Positions 18,098 through 26,580 of a stretch of 39,003 nucleotides of DNA are shown in pieces. The notes beneath the pieces were generated by a model, which had not been told where the DNA came from, made no database searches, and worked only from the letters and a program-made list of their open reading frames with translations. The translations under genes and the position numbers were made by a program. Position 1 is the stretch's first letter. Each line of letters starts with the position of its first letter. The DNA comes from an uncultured bacterium (lineage in GTDB: Bacteria; Cyanobacteriota; Cyanobacteriia; Phormidesmidales; Phormidesmidaceae): the NCBI GenBank assembly GCA_964442885.1, contig CAYUBC010000001.1:1-39003 (forward strand), in the 5' to 3' direction.

Positions 18098-20188
18098 ATG
18101 ATTTGCTGCCTTAACCCCAACTGCCCCCAACCCAATCACGCAACGCTGGCCGAGGTCTGCCCGACCTGTGGTAGCCCGCTCACGCCCCGCTTGAGAGGTC
18201 GCTATCGCCCCGTTAAGCTCATTGGGCGCGGGGGATTTGGGCGCACGTACTTTGCGGTGGATACAGATCGCCTGAACAATCGCTGTGTGATCAAGCAATT
18301 TGCTCCGCAAACCCAGGGCACCAAATCCTTTATCAAGGCGGTGCAGCTCTTTGAGCAGGAAGCCATGCGGCTCAACGAACTGGGCGAACATCCCCAAATT
18401 CCCACTCTGCTGGCCTACTTCGAGCAGGACAAGTATCTCTATCTAGTGCAGCAAATGATTGTGGGACGCACCCTCTTTCAGGAGGTGGCCACCCAGGGTG
18501 CCTACGATGAACCGGCGGTGCGTCGGCTCTTGGATAACCTGCTGCCGGTACTGCACTTTATTCATCACAAGGGCGTCATCCACCGCGACATCACACCGAC
18601 CAACGTGATTCGGCGCAAAACCGACCAACTGCCCGTGCTGATTGACTTTGGCGTAGCTAAGCAATTTAGCGAAGCCGTAATGTACGAGCCCGGCACCCGC
18701 ATTGGCACCGAGGGTTATGCCCCCATTGAGCAACTGCGCAGCGGGCAGGCGTATCCCTCTAGCGACCTCTATAGTTTGGGTGCCACCTGCCTACATTTAC
18801 TCACCGGCTGCAAACCTGAAGATCTCTACAGCCCCCTGGAGGGCCGCTGGATGTGGCAAGAGCGGTTGCAGCAGATGGGGCGCACCGTTAGCCCTGGCCT
18901 AGCCGAAATTTTGAACGGCATGACGCGGGATTTGGTGAATGAGCGCTACCAAACTGCCCAGGATATTATCAATGACCTGCAACGCCTGCCTAAGCTAGAG
19001 GGCAGTGTACCGGGATGGCTCTCCACTCCATCGGCCAATAGCCTGTTTTCTGGCTTGCAGCAGCAGCTCAGCCGCAGCCCGGCGGCAGCCCCAGGGTTCT
19101 CTGCCCCCAACCCGGCCCTCCCCTACGATGAATTTCCCGTCACCACCCCCTCAGGGCAGGCCGGAACGGAACGCACCTCTCGCCCCCAGGTTTCCAAAGC
19201 AGCCCCTGCTAATACCCCGCCTACCCAACCGCCAAACTTACCCTTATCCCCACCGCAACCCACCTCCCGACCCCCCACGTCTCAGCCCGCCAAAACCGGG
19301 CCAGGTTGGCAATTGGTTAAAACCTTAACGGCCCATCAGTCTTGGGTCATGACTGTAGTCTGGAACCCCAAGCGGCCCACCCTGGTCAGTGGTGGCCTGG
19401 ACGATACAATTCGGGTGTGGAACTGGCAAACAGGGCAGGTGCTCTATACCCTGGCTGGTCACGATCGCGGCGTCAATAATGTGGCCATTGGCACGGGCGG
19501 CCAGGTTCTAGTCAGTTGCGGAGACGATGCGGCGGTGCGGGTCTGGAACCTGAGCGATGGCACATTGCTGCATACCCTCAAGGGGCATCTCCGAGATGTG
19601 ACGGCAGTGGCCATTGGCAGCCAGGGCTTTCTTCTGGCCAGCGGCAGCAAAGACGGCACCATCAAGCTTTGGACCCTGGATAGGGGGAATTTGATTAAAA
19701 CCCTGAGTGGCTCAGGGGGCATGATCAAAACCGTAGCCCTGGCCGCTAATGATGACCTCTTAGTCAGCGGCGGGTTGGATAATACGGTACGCCTCTGGAA
19801 TCCCCAGACAGGGGATAATCTCCGGGTTTTAACGGGGCACATCAATACCGTTAACCAGGTGGCCGTTAGCCCAGACAATCACTTCATTGCCAGTGCTAGC
19901 AAAGACCGCACCATTCGGCTGTGGGAGTTAACCACTGGCAATTTGTTACAAACGCTGCAAGGGCACACGCAAGAAGTCAACACTGTAGCCTTCTTCCCAG
20001 ACAGTCAACGGCTGGTTAGCGGTAGCAGCGACGGCACCGTCCGCATTTGGGAAACTGGCGGTGCCCTACAACATACCCTGACCGCTCACATCAACCCGGT
20101 ACACGGGGTAGCGGTTCACAGCAGCGGCAAACTCATCGCCAGTGCCAGTGCCGACAAAACTATCAAACTCTGGCAGTGGATGCGCTAG
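18098..20188 (+). CDS. Ser/Thr protein kinase with 4-Cys prefix, Pro-rich linker and seven WD40 repeats
   Basis: CLNPNC..CPTCG; GRGGFG, VIKQ, HRDITPTN, DFG, GTEGYAPIEQ; GH...SGS.D.T..W repeats. Confidence 0.95.
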   Translation: MICCLNPNCPQPNHATLAEVCPTCGSPLTPRLRGRYRPVKLIGRGGFGRTYFAVDTDRLNNRCVIKQFAPQTQGTKSFIKAVQLFEQEAMRLNELGEHPQIPTLLAYFEQDKYLYLVQQMIVGRTLFQEVATQGAYDEPAVRRLLDNLLPVLHFIHHKGVIHRDITPTNVIRRKTDQLPVLIDFGVAKQFSEAVMYEPGTRIGTEGYAPIEQLRSGQAYPSSDLYSLGATCLHLLTGCKPEDLYSPLEGRWMWQERLQQMGRTVSPGLAEILNGMTRDLVNERYQTAQDIINDLQRLPKLEGSVPGWLSTPSANSLFSGLQQQLSRSPAAAPGFSAPNPALPYDEFPVTTPSGQAGTERTSRPQVSKAAPANTPPTQPPNLPLSPPQPTSRPPTSQPAKTGPGWQLVKTLTAHQSWVMTVVWNPKRPTLVSGGLDDTIRVWNWQTGQVLYTLAGHDRGVNNVAIGTGGQVLVSCGDDAAVRVWNLSDGTLLHTLKGHLRDVTAVAIGSQGFLLASGSKDGTIKLWTLDRGNLIKTLSGSGGMIKTVALAANDDLLVSGGLDNTVRLWNPQTGDNLRVLTGHINTVNQVAVSPDNHFIASASKDRTIRLWELTTGNLLQTLQGHTQEVNTVAFFPDSQRLVSGSSDGTVRIWETGGALQHTLTAHINPVHGVAVHSSGKLIASASADKTIKLWQWMR

Positions 20189-20297
20189 CTCCCCTGAAAC
20201 CTGGCCTTAAACTCCTCGTAAATCCGGCTGACCGTTGATGACTCCATCCCCAGGTCGGGCAATCTAAGCTATAAGGCCACGTATTTCCCAAGGGTTC

Positions 20298-20828
20298 ATG
20301 ACCTTAAGCCGCGATATCGACCTTGCCGCCGTTTCCAGGAAACTTCAGTTGTCTCAGTCTGCTAGTGCCAGGGCCTACCTTATTCAGCTTTCCACCCACC
20401 AGCGCCAGCCGCTACTGGGGCACTACCAGACCGGTCAACTGTGCCTCAATGACTACGGGGTGATTGTTGCCGATGAGTGGGTCAGGTCTGCGGCCAATCG
20501 CAAAGGCATTGAACTAGACCAATGGCTGATAACGCCCGACAGCATTCGGGCAATTCTCTTTGTACAGGCCACCCTATCCGGCGGAGCAGGACGCCCATTG
20601 GTGGGCAACTTAACGAGCCAAAAACCCTGGCTGCTGTCATCCTTTATTGCCAGTTTCAAAGCGGCGGCGGCTAAGCGGGTAAATCTACGCCGCAATCAGC
20701 CCGGTCAACCCGTGTGGCAACGCAACTATCAGGAACATCCCATTATCGACACTAAGGCACTCACCAAGCTAAGGGATCACCTGCGGGAGGCCGCTGGCCA
20801 GGAAACCGAACGATGGGGCAGTGTCTAA
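20298..20828 (+). CDS. RAYT/TnpA-REP (Y1 HUH transposase) homolog lacking the catalytic residues
   Basis: AY.I.L.T..R..L.G, LNDYG.IV.DEW, IELDQW.I.P, LSSFIASFK, PVWQRNY.EH match the RAYT pattern; PNHxH reads PDSIR and the C-terminal YIxxNP reads HLREAA. Confidence 0.75.
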   Translation: MTLSRDIDLAAVSRKLQLSQSASARAYLIQLSTHQRQPLLGHYQTGQLCLNDYGVIVADEWVRSAANRKGIELDQWLITPDSIRAILFVQATLSGGAGRPLVGNLTSQKPWLLSSFIASFKAAAAKRVNLRRNQPGQPVWQRNYQEHPIIDTKALTKLRDHLREAAGQETERWGSV

Positions 20829-20941
20829 CCCCAACCTGGGCATCACCATCGGCTTAGGCTCCGTATTCAGCGTAGAGTTAAGTAAGGTAACCGCCGCCCC
20901 ACCTGGCCCCAGGAGAGGCTGGATCGTAGCCTGGCTCAACC

Positions 20942-21745
20942 GTGATCAAAACCGTGATCAAAAACGCCTTCAAAATTGCCCGTGTCATGCTGTCCGTTTA
21001 CTACGCCTACATGGTGGAGTACCGAGCTGAGCTGTTGTTTTGGGTGCTGTCGGGAACCTTTCCGTTGATTTTGATGGGCCTTTGGGCTGAGGCCGCTCGC
21101 AGTGGGCAGTTTGATTTAGCACCCACGGAACTGGTGCAGTATTTTTTGGCCGTATTCCTGGTACGGCAATTTACCGTAGTCTGGGTGATTTGGGAATTTG
21201 AGCGAGAGGTGGTCGAAGGTAAGTTATCTCCCTACTTACTTCAGCCTGTGGATCCGGTTTGGCGGCACTTCTTTAGCCATGTGTCAGAACGCTTTGCCCG
21301 ACTGCCCTTTGCATTTTTGCTGGTGGGCTTATTTCTATTGCTCTATCCCCAGGCGGCCTGGTGGCCCACCCCAGGGAATTTTCTGTTGGCTATTCTGGCC
21401 ATTATTCTGGCCTTTTGCCTGCGCTTTGTCATGCAGTACACCTTTGCCCTGATGGCCTTCTGGACGGAGCGCGCCACCGCCCTGGAGCAATTCTGGTTTT
21501 TGCTTTACACCTTCTTGTCTGGGATGATTGCCCCGCTGTCCTTATTTCCTGACACCGTGCGAGCCATTGTGCTGTGGACACCCTTCCCCTATCTGATTTA
21601 TTTCCCGGCCAGCCTGCTAATCAATCGGGCTGAGCATGTAGTCCAGGGTTTTACCGCTATGGTGCTGTGGAGTGGGGCGTTTTTGGTGCTGAATCGCTGG
21701 CTATGGCGGCAGGGGCTACGCCAGTATTCGGGCATGGGGGCATGA
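20942..21745 (+). CDS. ABC-2 type transporter permease (DUF990 family)
   Basis: EYRAE, G.LSPYLLQP, LSG.IAPL..FP, TPFPYLIYFPA, YSGMGA. Confidence 0.9.
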   Translation: MIKTVIKNAFKIARVMLSVYYAYMVEYRAELLFWVLSGTFPLILMGLWAEAARSGQFDLAPTELVQYFLAVFLVRQFTVVWVIWEFEREVVEGKLSPYLLQPVDPVWRHFFSHVSERFARLPFAFLLVGLFLLLYPQAAWWPTPGNFLLAILAIILAFCLRFVMQYTFALMAFWTERATALEQFWFLLYTFLSGMIAPLSLFPDTVRAIVLWTPFPYLIYFPASLLINRAEHVVQGFTAMVLWSGAFLVLNRWLWRQGLRQYSGMGA

Positions 21746-22527
21746 TGGCGCGTTACTGGCAGGTCTTGCGGTTGTTCTGGAGTACGGCACTATCGGCAGA
21801 GCTGGAGTACCGCGCTAATTTTGTGATTGCCGCGCTGACCAGTCTGGGTGGTCTGGTAGGCAGCATCTTTGGCTTGTTTTTGTTCTACCGAACGGGCTAT
21901 CAGTTCCAGGGTTGGAGTTGGGAACAGGCTCTCCTGGTGCTGGGCATGTTTACGCTACTTCAAGGGTTCTCGGCCACAGTGCTGATTCCAAACTTGAACA
22001 AAATTGTTACCCAAGTTCAGCAGGGCACCCTCGATTTTGTGCTGCTCAAGCCCATCAGTTCTCAATTTTGGCTATCGACCCGAACCATTTCCCCCTGGGG
22101 ATTGCCGGATGTGATCTTTGGGATGGTTGTGATTGCCTATGCGGGTCGGCGTCTATCCTTAAGCTGGGCCTCCTATTGGTTGGCAGGGCCGCCGCTGATC
22201 CTAGGGTCGCTCAGTCTCTATAGCCTTTGGTTTATGCTGGGAGCCACCAGCATCTGGTTTGTAAAAATCTACAACGTTACCGAAGTGCTACGGGGGCTGT
22301 TGGAAGCCGGGCGTTTTCCTATCGTGGCCTATCCCGTGGCTTACCGCATATTTTTCACGTTTATAATTCCGGTGGCGTTTTTAACCACTGTGCCAGCTCA
22401 AACCATGCTGCGCCAAGGAAGCCAGGTTTGGCTGCTGGCCTCGGCACTGCTGGCTGGGGTGCTGCTGGTAGCATCCAATCGTTTCTGGAAATTTGCTCTG
22501 CGCTTTTACACCAGCGCCTCAAGCTAA
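21742..22527 (+). CDS. ABC-2 type transporter permease (DUF990 family), second subunit
   Basis: EYRANF, GTLDFVLLKP, GRFP..AYP, YTSASS; ATGA overlap with the previous gene. Confidence 0.9.
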   Translation: MMARYWQVLRLFWSTALSAELEYRANFVIAALTSLGGLVGSIFGLFLFYRTGYQFQGWSWEQALLVLGMFTLLQGFSATVLIPNLNKIVTQVQQGTLDFVLLKPISSQFWLSTRTISPWGLPDVIFGMVVIAYAGRRLSLSWASYWLAGPPLILGSLSLYSLWFMLGATSIWFVKIYNVTEVLRGLLEAGRFPIVAYPVAYRIFFTFIIPVAFLTTVPAQTMLRQGSQVWLLASALLAGVLLVASNRFWKFALRFYTSASS

Positions 22528-22565
22528 TGCAAAAGTCCTTCAAGGCGGGAAAAACCTATTTTCTC

Positions 22566-22639
22566 AAGCAGAAACCCTTACATAGCAAGGGCTTCTGCTT
22601 ATACCTTCTGCCTTATCCTTTCTGCCTTCTGCCTTTCAG
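22566..22639. repeat. Hairpin plus degenerate CTTCTGC heptamer array (STRR-like), probably also a bidirectional terminator
   Basis: aagcagaaaccctt..aagggcttctgctt inverted repeat followed by cttctgc/tttctgc units, between convergent genes. Confidence 0.65.
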
Positions 22640-22648
22640 TACAAGTGG

Positions 22649-23185
22649 CTAACAGCGCGTTTCTAGATACTGGCCAATCATAATTTCCTGCCCTGCACGA
22701 GAAATCACGGTTTGACGAGTACGATAGCGCTGCCCAATGAGCTTAATTTCCTCCTCAAAGGAAGAATCGTTGTACTCAGTTTTGAGCTGCATGGTGCGAT
22801 TGTCGGGGAAGAGATACTGGGCCGTAACCGGCTTAGTCGTGGCAAAGCCTCGATCACGGTACAGCGTCATGCCGCGCACCCCAAACACTGTGCTACCAAC
22901 CACGGGCTTTTTGCCGGTGCCCACGTAGTCGCTCTCCCAGGCTACCGCCGTACCGCAAATGAGTGGCTTTTGAGGGTCTAACCCGTGCAGTTGAGCCAGT
23001 TGCAGCAGTTGCTCCGCCCCAGATTCCAGAAATTCAATCTTGATCTGGCTCACCACCTCCTGGGTTTCACCGCTGCTGAGGGTGTAGTAGCGACGTTCAG
23101 AACGCCATTCCCCAGCGGTTTCTTGAAAGAAAGCCGTGACCAAAGGCTCGGCTAGAATACGGGCGGCATCGACGGAAAAGGGCAT
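22649..23185 (-). CDS. CpcS/CpeS family phycobiliprotein lyase-like protein
   Basis: FF....G.WRSERRYY, LYRDRGF, FEEEI, YRTRQT, GQYLE.R. Confidence 0.85.
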   Translation of the reverse strand: MPFSVDAARILAEPLVTAFFQETAGEWRSERRYYTLSSGETQEVVSQIKIEFLESGAEQLLQLAQLHGLDPQKPLICGTAVAWESDYVGTGKKPVVGSTVFGVRGMTLYRDRGFATTKPVTAQYLFPDNRTMQLKTEYNDSSFEEEIKLIGQRYRTRQTVISRAGQEIMIGQYLETRC

Positions 23186-23335
23186 AGGTTTACGACAGCA
23201 AGGAGGACTACTTGAATGGATATGTGAGCAGACTAGTCAATCCCTAGGGCAGACTTTGTTAATTTTCTTAATCATAGCGCCCAGAGATTAACCCGACAAT
23301 TCCCTCAGGGGGTCATATTGTTTGAGATTGGAGCC

Positions 23336-23376
23336 ATTCTACGGGGCTTGACCGAGAATTCTGTAAGCATTATTAC
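23336..23376 (-). promoter_or_regulatory. Putative NtcA-activated promoter (GTA-N8-TAC, 21 nt, TAGAAT)
   Basis: gtaagcattattac at 23363-23376; minus-strand TAGAAT at 23341-23336. Confidence 0.55.
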
Positions 23377-23455
23377 TTAATAGTTCAGCCGTTTCAGCAA
23401 GCGGCCAAAATCCTGGTAGGTTAGAGCTAATTCCAAACGTCCTGGGGCCTGAGCG

Positions 23456-24010
23456 ATGGATCTCTCTGACATTGCCTACTTTTTTGACTGCTGCATGGGT
23501 CAGTGGTCCATTGAGCGCACCTACCACTACCTCACCTACCAGGAGATAGAACGCTCCCATACAGACTTTCGGGTCGAGCCCATTACCGCAGACCTGAGGC
23601 GCAAGGTGCTGGCCGATAACAATTACCCTGAAGCCGATAATTTGGAACATTTACCGGGCTTTCAGCTTGAGTTTCATACGGTGTCCGACAAGGGAGAAGC
23701 GGTCTCCCAGGAATTGCGCGCCCTCTTTGTGCCCAAGCATCAGGTAGACGGGGTAATTACCGGCGATTATTTGCGCGATCGCGCCTACGAAGAAGCCCGA
23801 CCAATTGTTTCCACCTTTCGCTACGACCCAACTACCCGCGAGCTGTTAATGACCACACCCTACAGCCGTGTCGTCTCCGTCGATTCCATTCTGCTGGTTA
23901 ATCCGGCCATGCGTATTCGCCGCATTCTCAACTACCAGCGCCCAGCCGAGGGGCAACCCCTGGATACCCTGGTTCTGGTTGGGTTTGGGGTAGAACAAAA
24001 AGTCCAGTAA
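23456..24010 (+). CDS. CpcS/CpeS family phycobiliprotein lyase-like protein
   Basis: FF....G.W..ERTYHYL...E.ERS, YLRDRAYEE, GFGVEQK. Confidence 0.82.
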   Translation: MDLSDIAYFFDCCMGQWSIERTYHYLTYQEIERSHTDFRVEPITADLRRKVLADNNYPEADNLEHLPGFQLEFHTVSDKGEAVSQELRALFVPKHQVDGVITGDYLRDRAYEEARPIVSTFRYDPTTRELLMTTPYSRVVSVDSILLVNPAMRIRRILNYQRPAEGQPLDTLVLVGFGVEQKVQ

Positions 24011-24012
24011 TG

Positions 24013-24660
24013 TCAATTACTTAGTCTCAAATACTCCTCAAACTCTCGCAAAGCCACGCTGGATCCTGCCAACCAGGCTCGCTCCACGTACTCAGGCAAA
24101 AGAGTTTTCACATCCACGGTGGGAAAGGTTAGGCTAGTCAGCCTCTCCTCGTAGCCTTCTGGCATCAGAGAGTACAAAGCAAGACTGCCGGGCCGATAAA
24201 CCCACACCTCTGGAACGCCTAAAATTCCGTAAACCCCCACATCGGTACGGGAGGTCAAGTCCATTTCAATCACTAAATCAGGGGGTGGATCTTGACTCAG
24301 ATCGATGCGCTCTTTTCCCAAAACCGCCTGCCAGTTTTGGATGTAAAAGCAGGCATCAGGCTCCGCCCCCGCCTGGTTGAACCGTTTCAGAGTAATGGGA
24401 TCAAAGCCATGCCAGTCTCGCTGCTGATGACGCAATAACGCAATCACCAAGTCTGCAAGCGTGCGGCTGCGATTGCCGTGAGCCGCGAGAGGAGCCATAA
24501 TCCGTATCTCTTGGGTATGGGCGTTGTAGTGAATCTTGACCGCCGCATTATCCCCACGGCTGACCAACATCGCCTCGTAGTCATCCCAGGTTTGATGGCT
24601 GAAAATAACGTCACTACCTGGCGATAAGTCAATATGGTCTGGGCTAATGGTGACAAGCAT
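24013..24660 (-). CDS. Uma2 family endonuclease-like protein
   Basis: TWDDYE, AEPDACFYIQN, PPPDLVIE.DLTS, Y..LGVPEVW. Confidence 0.92.
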   Translation of the reverse strand: MLVTISPDHIDLSPGSDVIFSHQTWDDYEAMLVSRGDNAAVKIHYNAHTQEIRIMAPLAAHGNRSRTLADLVIALLRHQQRDWHGFDPITLKRFNQAGAEPDACFYIQNWQAVLGKERIDLSQDPPPDLVIEMDLTSRTDVGVYGILGVPEVWVYRPGSLALYSLMPEGYEERLTSLTFPTVDVKTLLPEYVERAWLAGSSVALREFEEYLRLSN

Positions 24661-24744
24661 AGGATTTTACTCTCCCCTTAGTGGCTCTTCGCTGCGCTAG
24701 GAAAACGCCAAATCCATGGCCGTTGCGGCTGAGTGAGTTGGCGG

Positions 24745-25071
24745 TCAGGCTAGTCTCACTGCTGTACCGCTGGCCGCTACCATCAACATTGTGCCGCCGT
24801 TATCAATGGTGATGGATTCATAATCCACATCCACCGCAATTACCGCATCCGCCCCAAGCGCCTTGGCGGCTTGCATCATCTCTTTGATGGCCATATCGCG
24901 GGCCTGCTGGAGGGATTTTTCATAGGCCCCAGAGCGCCCACCCACCACGTCTCGAATTCCAGCGAAGAAATCCTTGAAAATATTGGCTCCCAGCACCGCT
25001 TCGCCATTCACCAAACCGCAGTATTGGATAATCTGATGCCCTTCAACATTGGGGCCAGTAGTCAGAATCAT
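24745..25071 (-). CDS. YbjQ/UPF0145 family protein
   Basis: MILTT...[32 protein letters not shown]. Confidence 0.93.
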   Translation of the reverse strand: MILTTGPNVEGHQIIQYCGLVNGEAVLGANIFKDFFAGIRDVVGGRSGAYEKSLQQARDMAIKEMMQAAKALGADAVIAVDVDYESITIDNGGTMLMVAASGTAVRLA

Positions 25072-25184
25072 GCCAGCAAAACTCCTTAACAACTTACTTG
25101 CAAGCAAAAATACCCGGCCTATTTGCTCAAGCAGAACCTCTTGTGTAACTTAGCTTTCTGCCTTTTCCCGTCTGCCTTCCCATA

Positions 25185-26054
25185 CTAGGTCGCTATCCGC
25201 ATACTTAAATCTAACCAGGGCGCACGGGTAATGGGGGCACTGCTGGAAATAAAGTCCACTCCGGTTTCGGCAATGGGGCGCAGGGTCTCCAGGGTCACGT
25301 TGCCAGAGGCTTCGATTTGAACGGCTGGGTTAGTCTGCCGGATCCGCTCCACGGCTACCTTCATGACCTCCACAGCCATGTTGTCGAGCATGATGATGTC
25401 TACCGGGCAGGTAAGGGCGGCTTCGACCTCGGCCAGGTCAGCGGTTTCAACTTCCACCGCCATTGGGTAAGGCAGGGTTTGGCGAATCTGCGCCACCGCC
25501 GCCTGGATGCCCCCAGCCGCGGCAATGTGGTTGTCTTTGATCATCACGGCGTCATCCAGACCCAGGCGATGGTTGACCGCGCCGCCCACCCGAGTTGCAT
25601 ATTTTTCTAGCAGGCGCAGGCCAGGGGTGGTTTTGCGAGTATCTACCAACTGAGTGGGATAGTCGGCCAGCCGGTCAACGTACTGGCGAGTGGCGGTAGC
25701 AATGCCGCTCAGTCGCATGGCCAGGTTGAGGGCCACGCGCTCCCCCATTAACAAGGCACTGAGCGGCCCCTGCAAGGTGGCAATGGTGGTACCAGCGGGG
25801 CAAAATTCGCCATCTTGCACCAGCGGCTGGAACGTAACCCTATCCTCTAGCAATTGAAACACGCGACCAGCTATCGGCAGTCCAGCTATGATTCCCGGCG
25901 CTTTGGCTACCCATTTGGCTTCTCCAGGCCGGGTAGCCAGTTCCCCCAGGCCACTGGTCGTCCAATCGCCCCGGCCAATGTCTTCCTGGAGCCAGGCCCG
26001 TAGGTGGGAATCAAGGGTGATAGTAGGCAACGTTAACGGCAGATTTTGATGCAT
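25185..26054 (-). CDS. nadC: Nicotinate-nucleotide diphosphorylase (carboxylating)
   Basis: EDIGRGD.T, ERVALN, DTRKTTPGLR, HRLGLDD...IKDNH, IIMLDN, EASGN. Confidence 0.97.
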   Translation of the reverse strand: MHQNLPLTLPTITLDSHLRAWLQEDIGRGDWTTSGLGELATRPGEAKWVAKAPGIIAGLPIAGRVFQLLEDRVTFQPLVQDGEFCPAGTTIATLQGPLSALLMGERVALNLAMRLSGIATATRQYVDRLADYPTQLVDTRKTTPGLRLLEKYATRVGGAVNHRLGLDDAVMIKDNHIAAAGGIQAAVAQIRQTLPYPMAVEVETADLAEVEAALTCPVDIIMLDNMAVEVMKVAVERIRQTNPAVQIEASGNVTLETLRPIAETGVDFISSSAPITRAPWLDLSMRIAT

Positions 26055-26189
26055 AGCCAGGACATTCTTGCTTAATAGTCCGCAATTTCTGCCACTACGG
26101 GAAATAGTGTGCTAACTTACGGGTAATGCTGATGGATCAGCAGGTAAACCCTTGAAATTGTACCGTTTAGGATTCAGGAGGTGATGCCC

Positions 26190-26261
26190 ATGCAAGAAAG
26201 TAGTAAACGTGTGGGTCTTCAGGTTAACGTAAGCCGGCTGTGCGCCGGGGCTGTGCTCTAA
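26190..26261 (+). CDS. Putative 23-aa micro-protein MQESSKRVGLQVNVSRLCAGAVL
   Basis: Perfect SD AGGAGGT at 26176-26182, 7 nt before ATG 26190; too short for the ORF track. Confidence 0.45.
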   Translation: MQESSKRVGLQVNVSRLCAGAVL

Positions 26262-26357
26262 ATATCAGTGTTGGCTACTGGTTAGCCAACTCAGCTCTTG
26301 AAGCTGGCTGATGAGGGTTCCTCCCGGCAGTCAGGTTTAACCGAAGATCCAGCTAGA

Positions 26358-26410
26358 CCGCCCCTGCCTTTGAAGAGTAATTCTTCCCCAGGCAGGGGCG
26401 GATAGTTTTT
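26358..26410 (+). terminator. Terminator-like stem-loop
   Basis: ccgcccctgcct (26358-26369) pairs perfectly with aggcaggggcgg (26390-26401); inner gaaga/tcttc; followed by atagttttt. Confidence 0.7.
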
Positions 26411-26580
26411 GGGGATAGCGCCTGATTCTATACCAACCTCCTTAGGGATAGCTGCGAGAAACTCCAGGAATTGCTCCGCCCTGGGAAAAAGCCTTAATCC
26501 TTGAGAAAGGCCCCAACCTATCCGGTGGAATTGCTTTAGGATCAAAACAGATTGAGTAATTGCTTTCAGAGGTTTACGTC

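Larger units (their letters stand above)
26121..26410 (+). ncRNA. Candidate structured small transcript (sRNA or micro-protein mRNA)
   Basis: Extended -10-like TGcTAACTT at 26110-26118, several hairpins and a long terminal GC stem followed by a T run; ends are approximate. Confidence 0.5.

Noticed and set aside
20203-20215. 13-mer ggccttaaactcc shared with ~38100, considered as a REP for the RAYT homolog
   Set aside because: Not palindromic, and several 13-mer matches are expected by chance in 39 kb
2119-24660. HNH, ParE TA and two Uma2 genes as a single defence island
   Set aside because: They are scattered among housekeeping genes, and each is common as a solo gene in cyanobacteria
26291-26545. 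84-aa minus-strand ORF in the nadC-phhB gap
   Set aside because: No protein-like features; better explained as the antisense of the structured plus-strand unit
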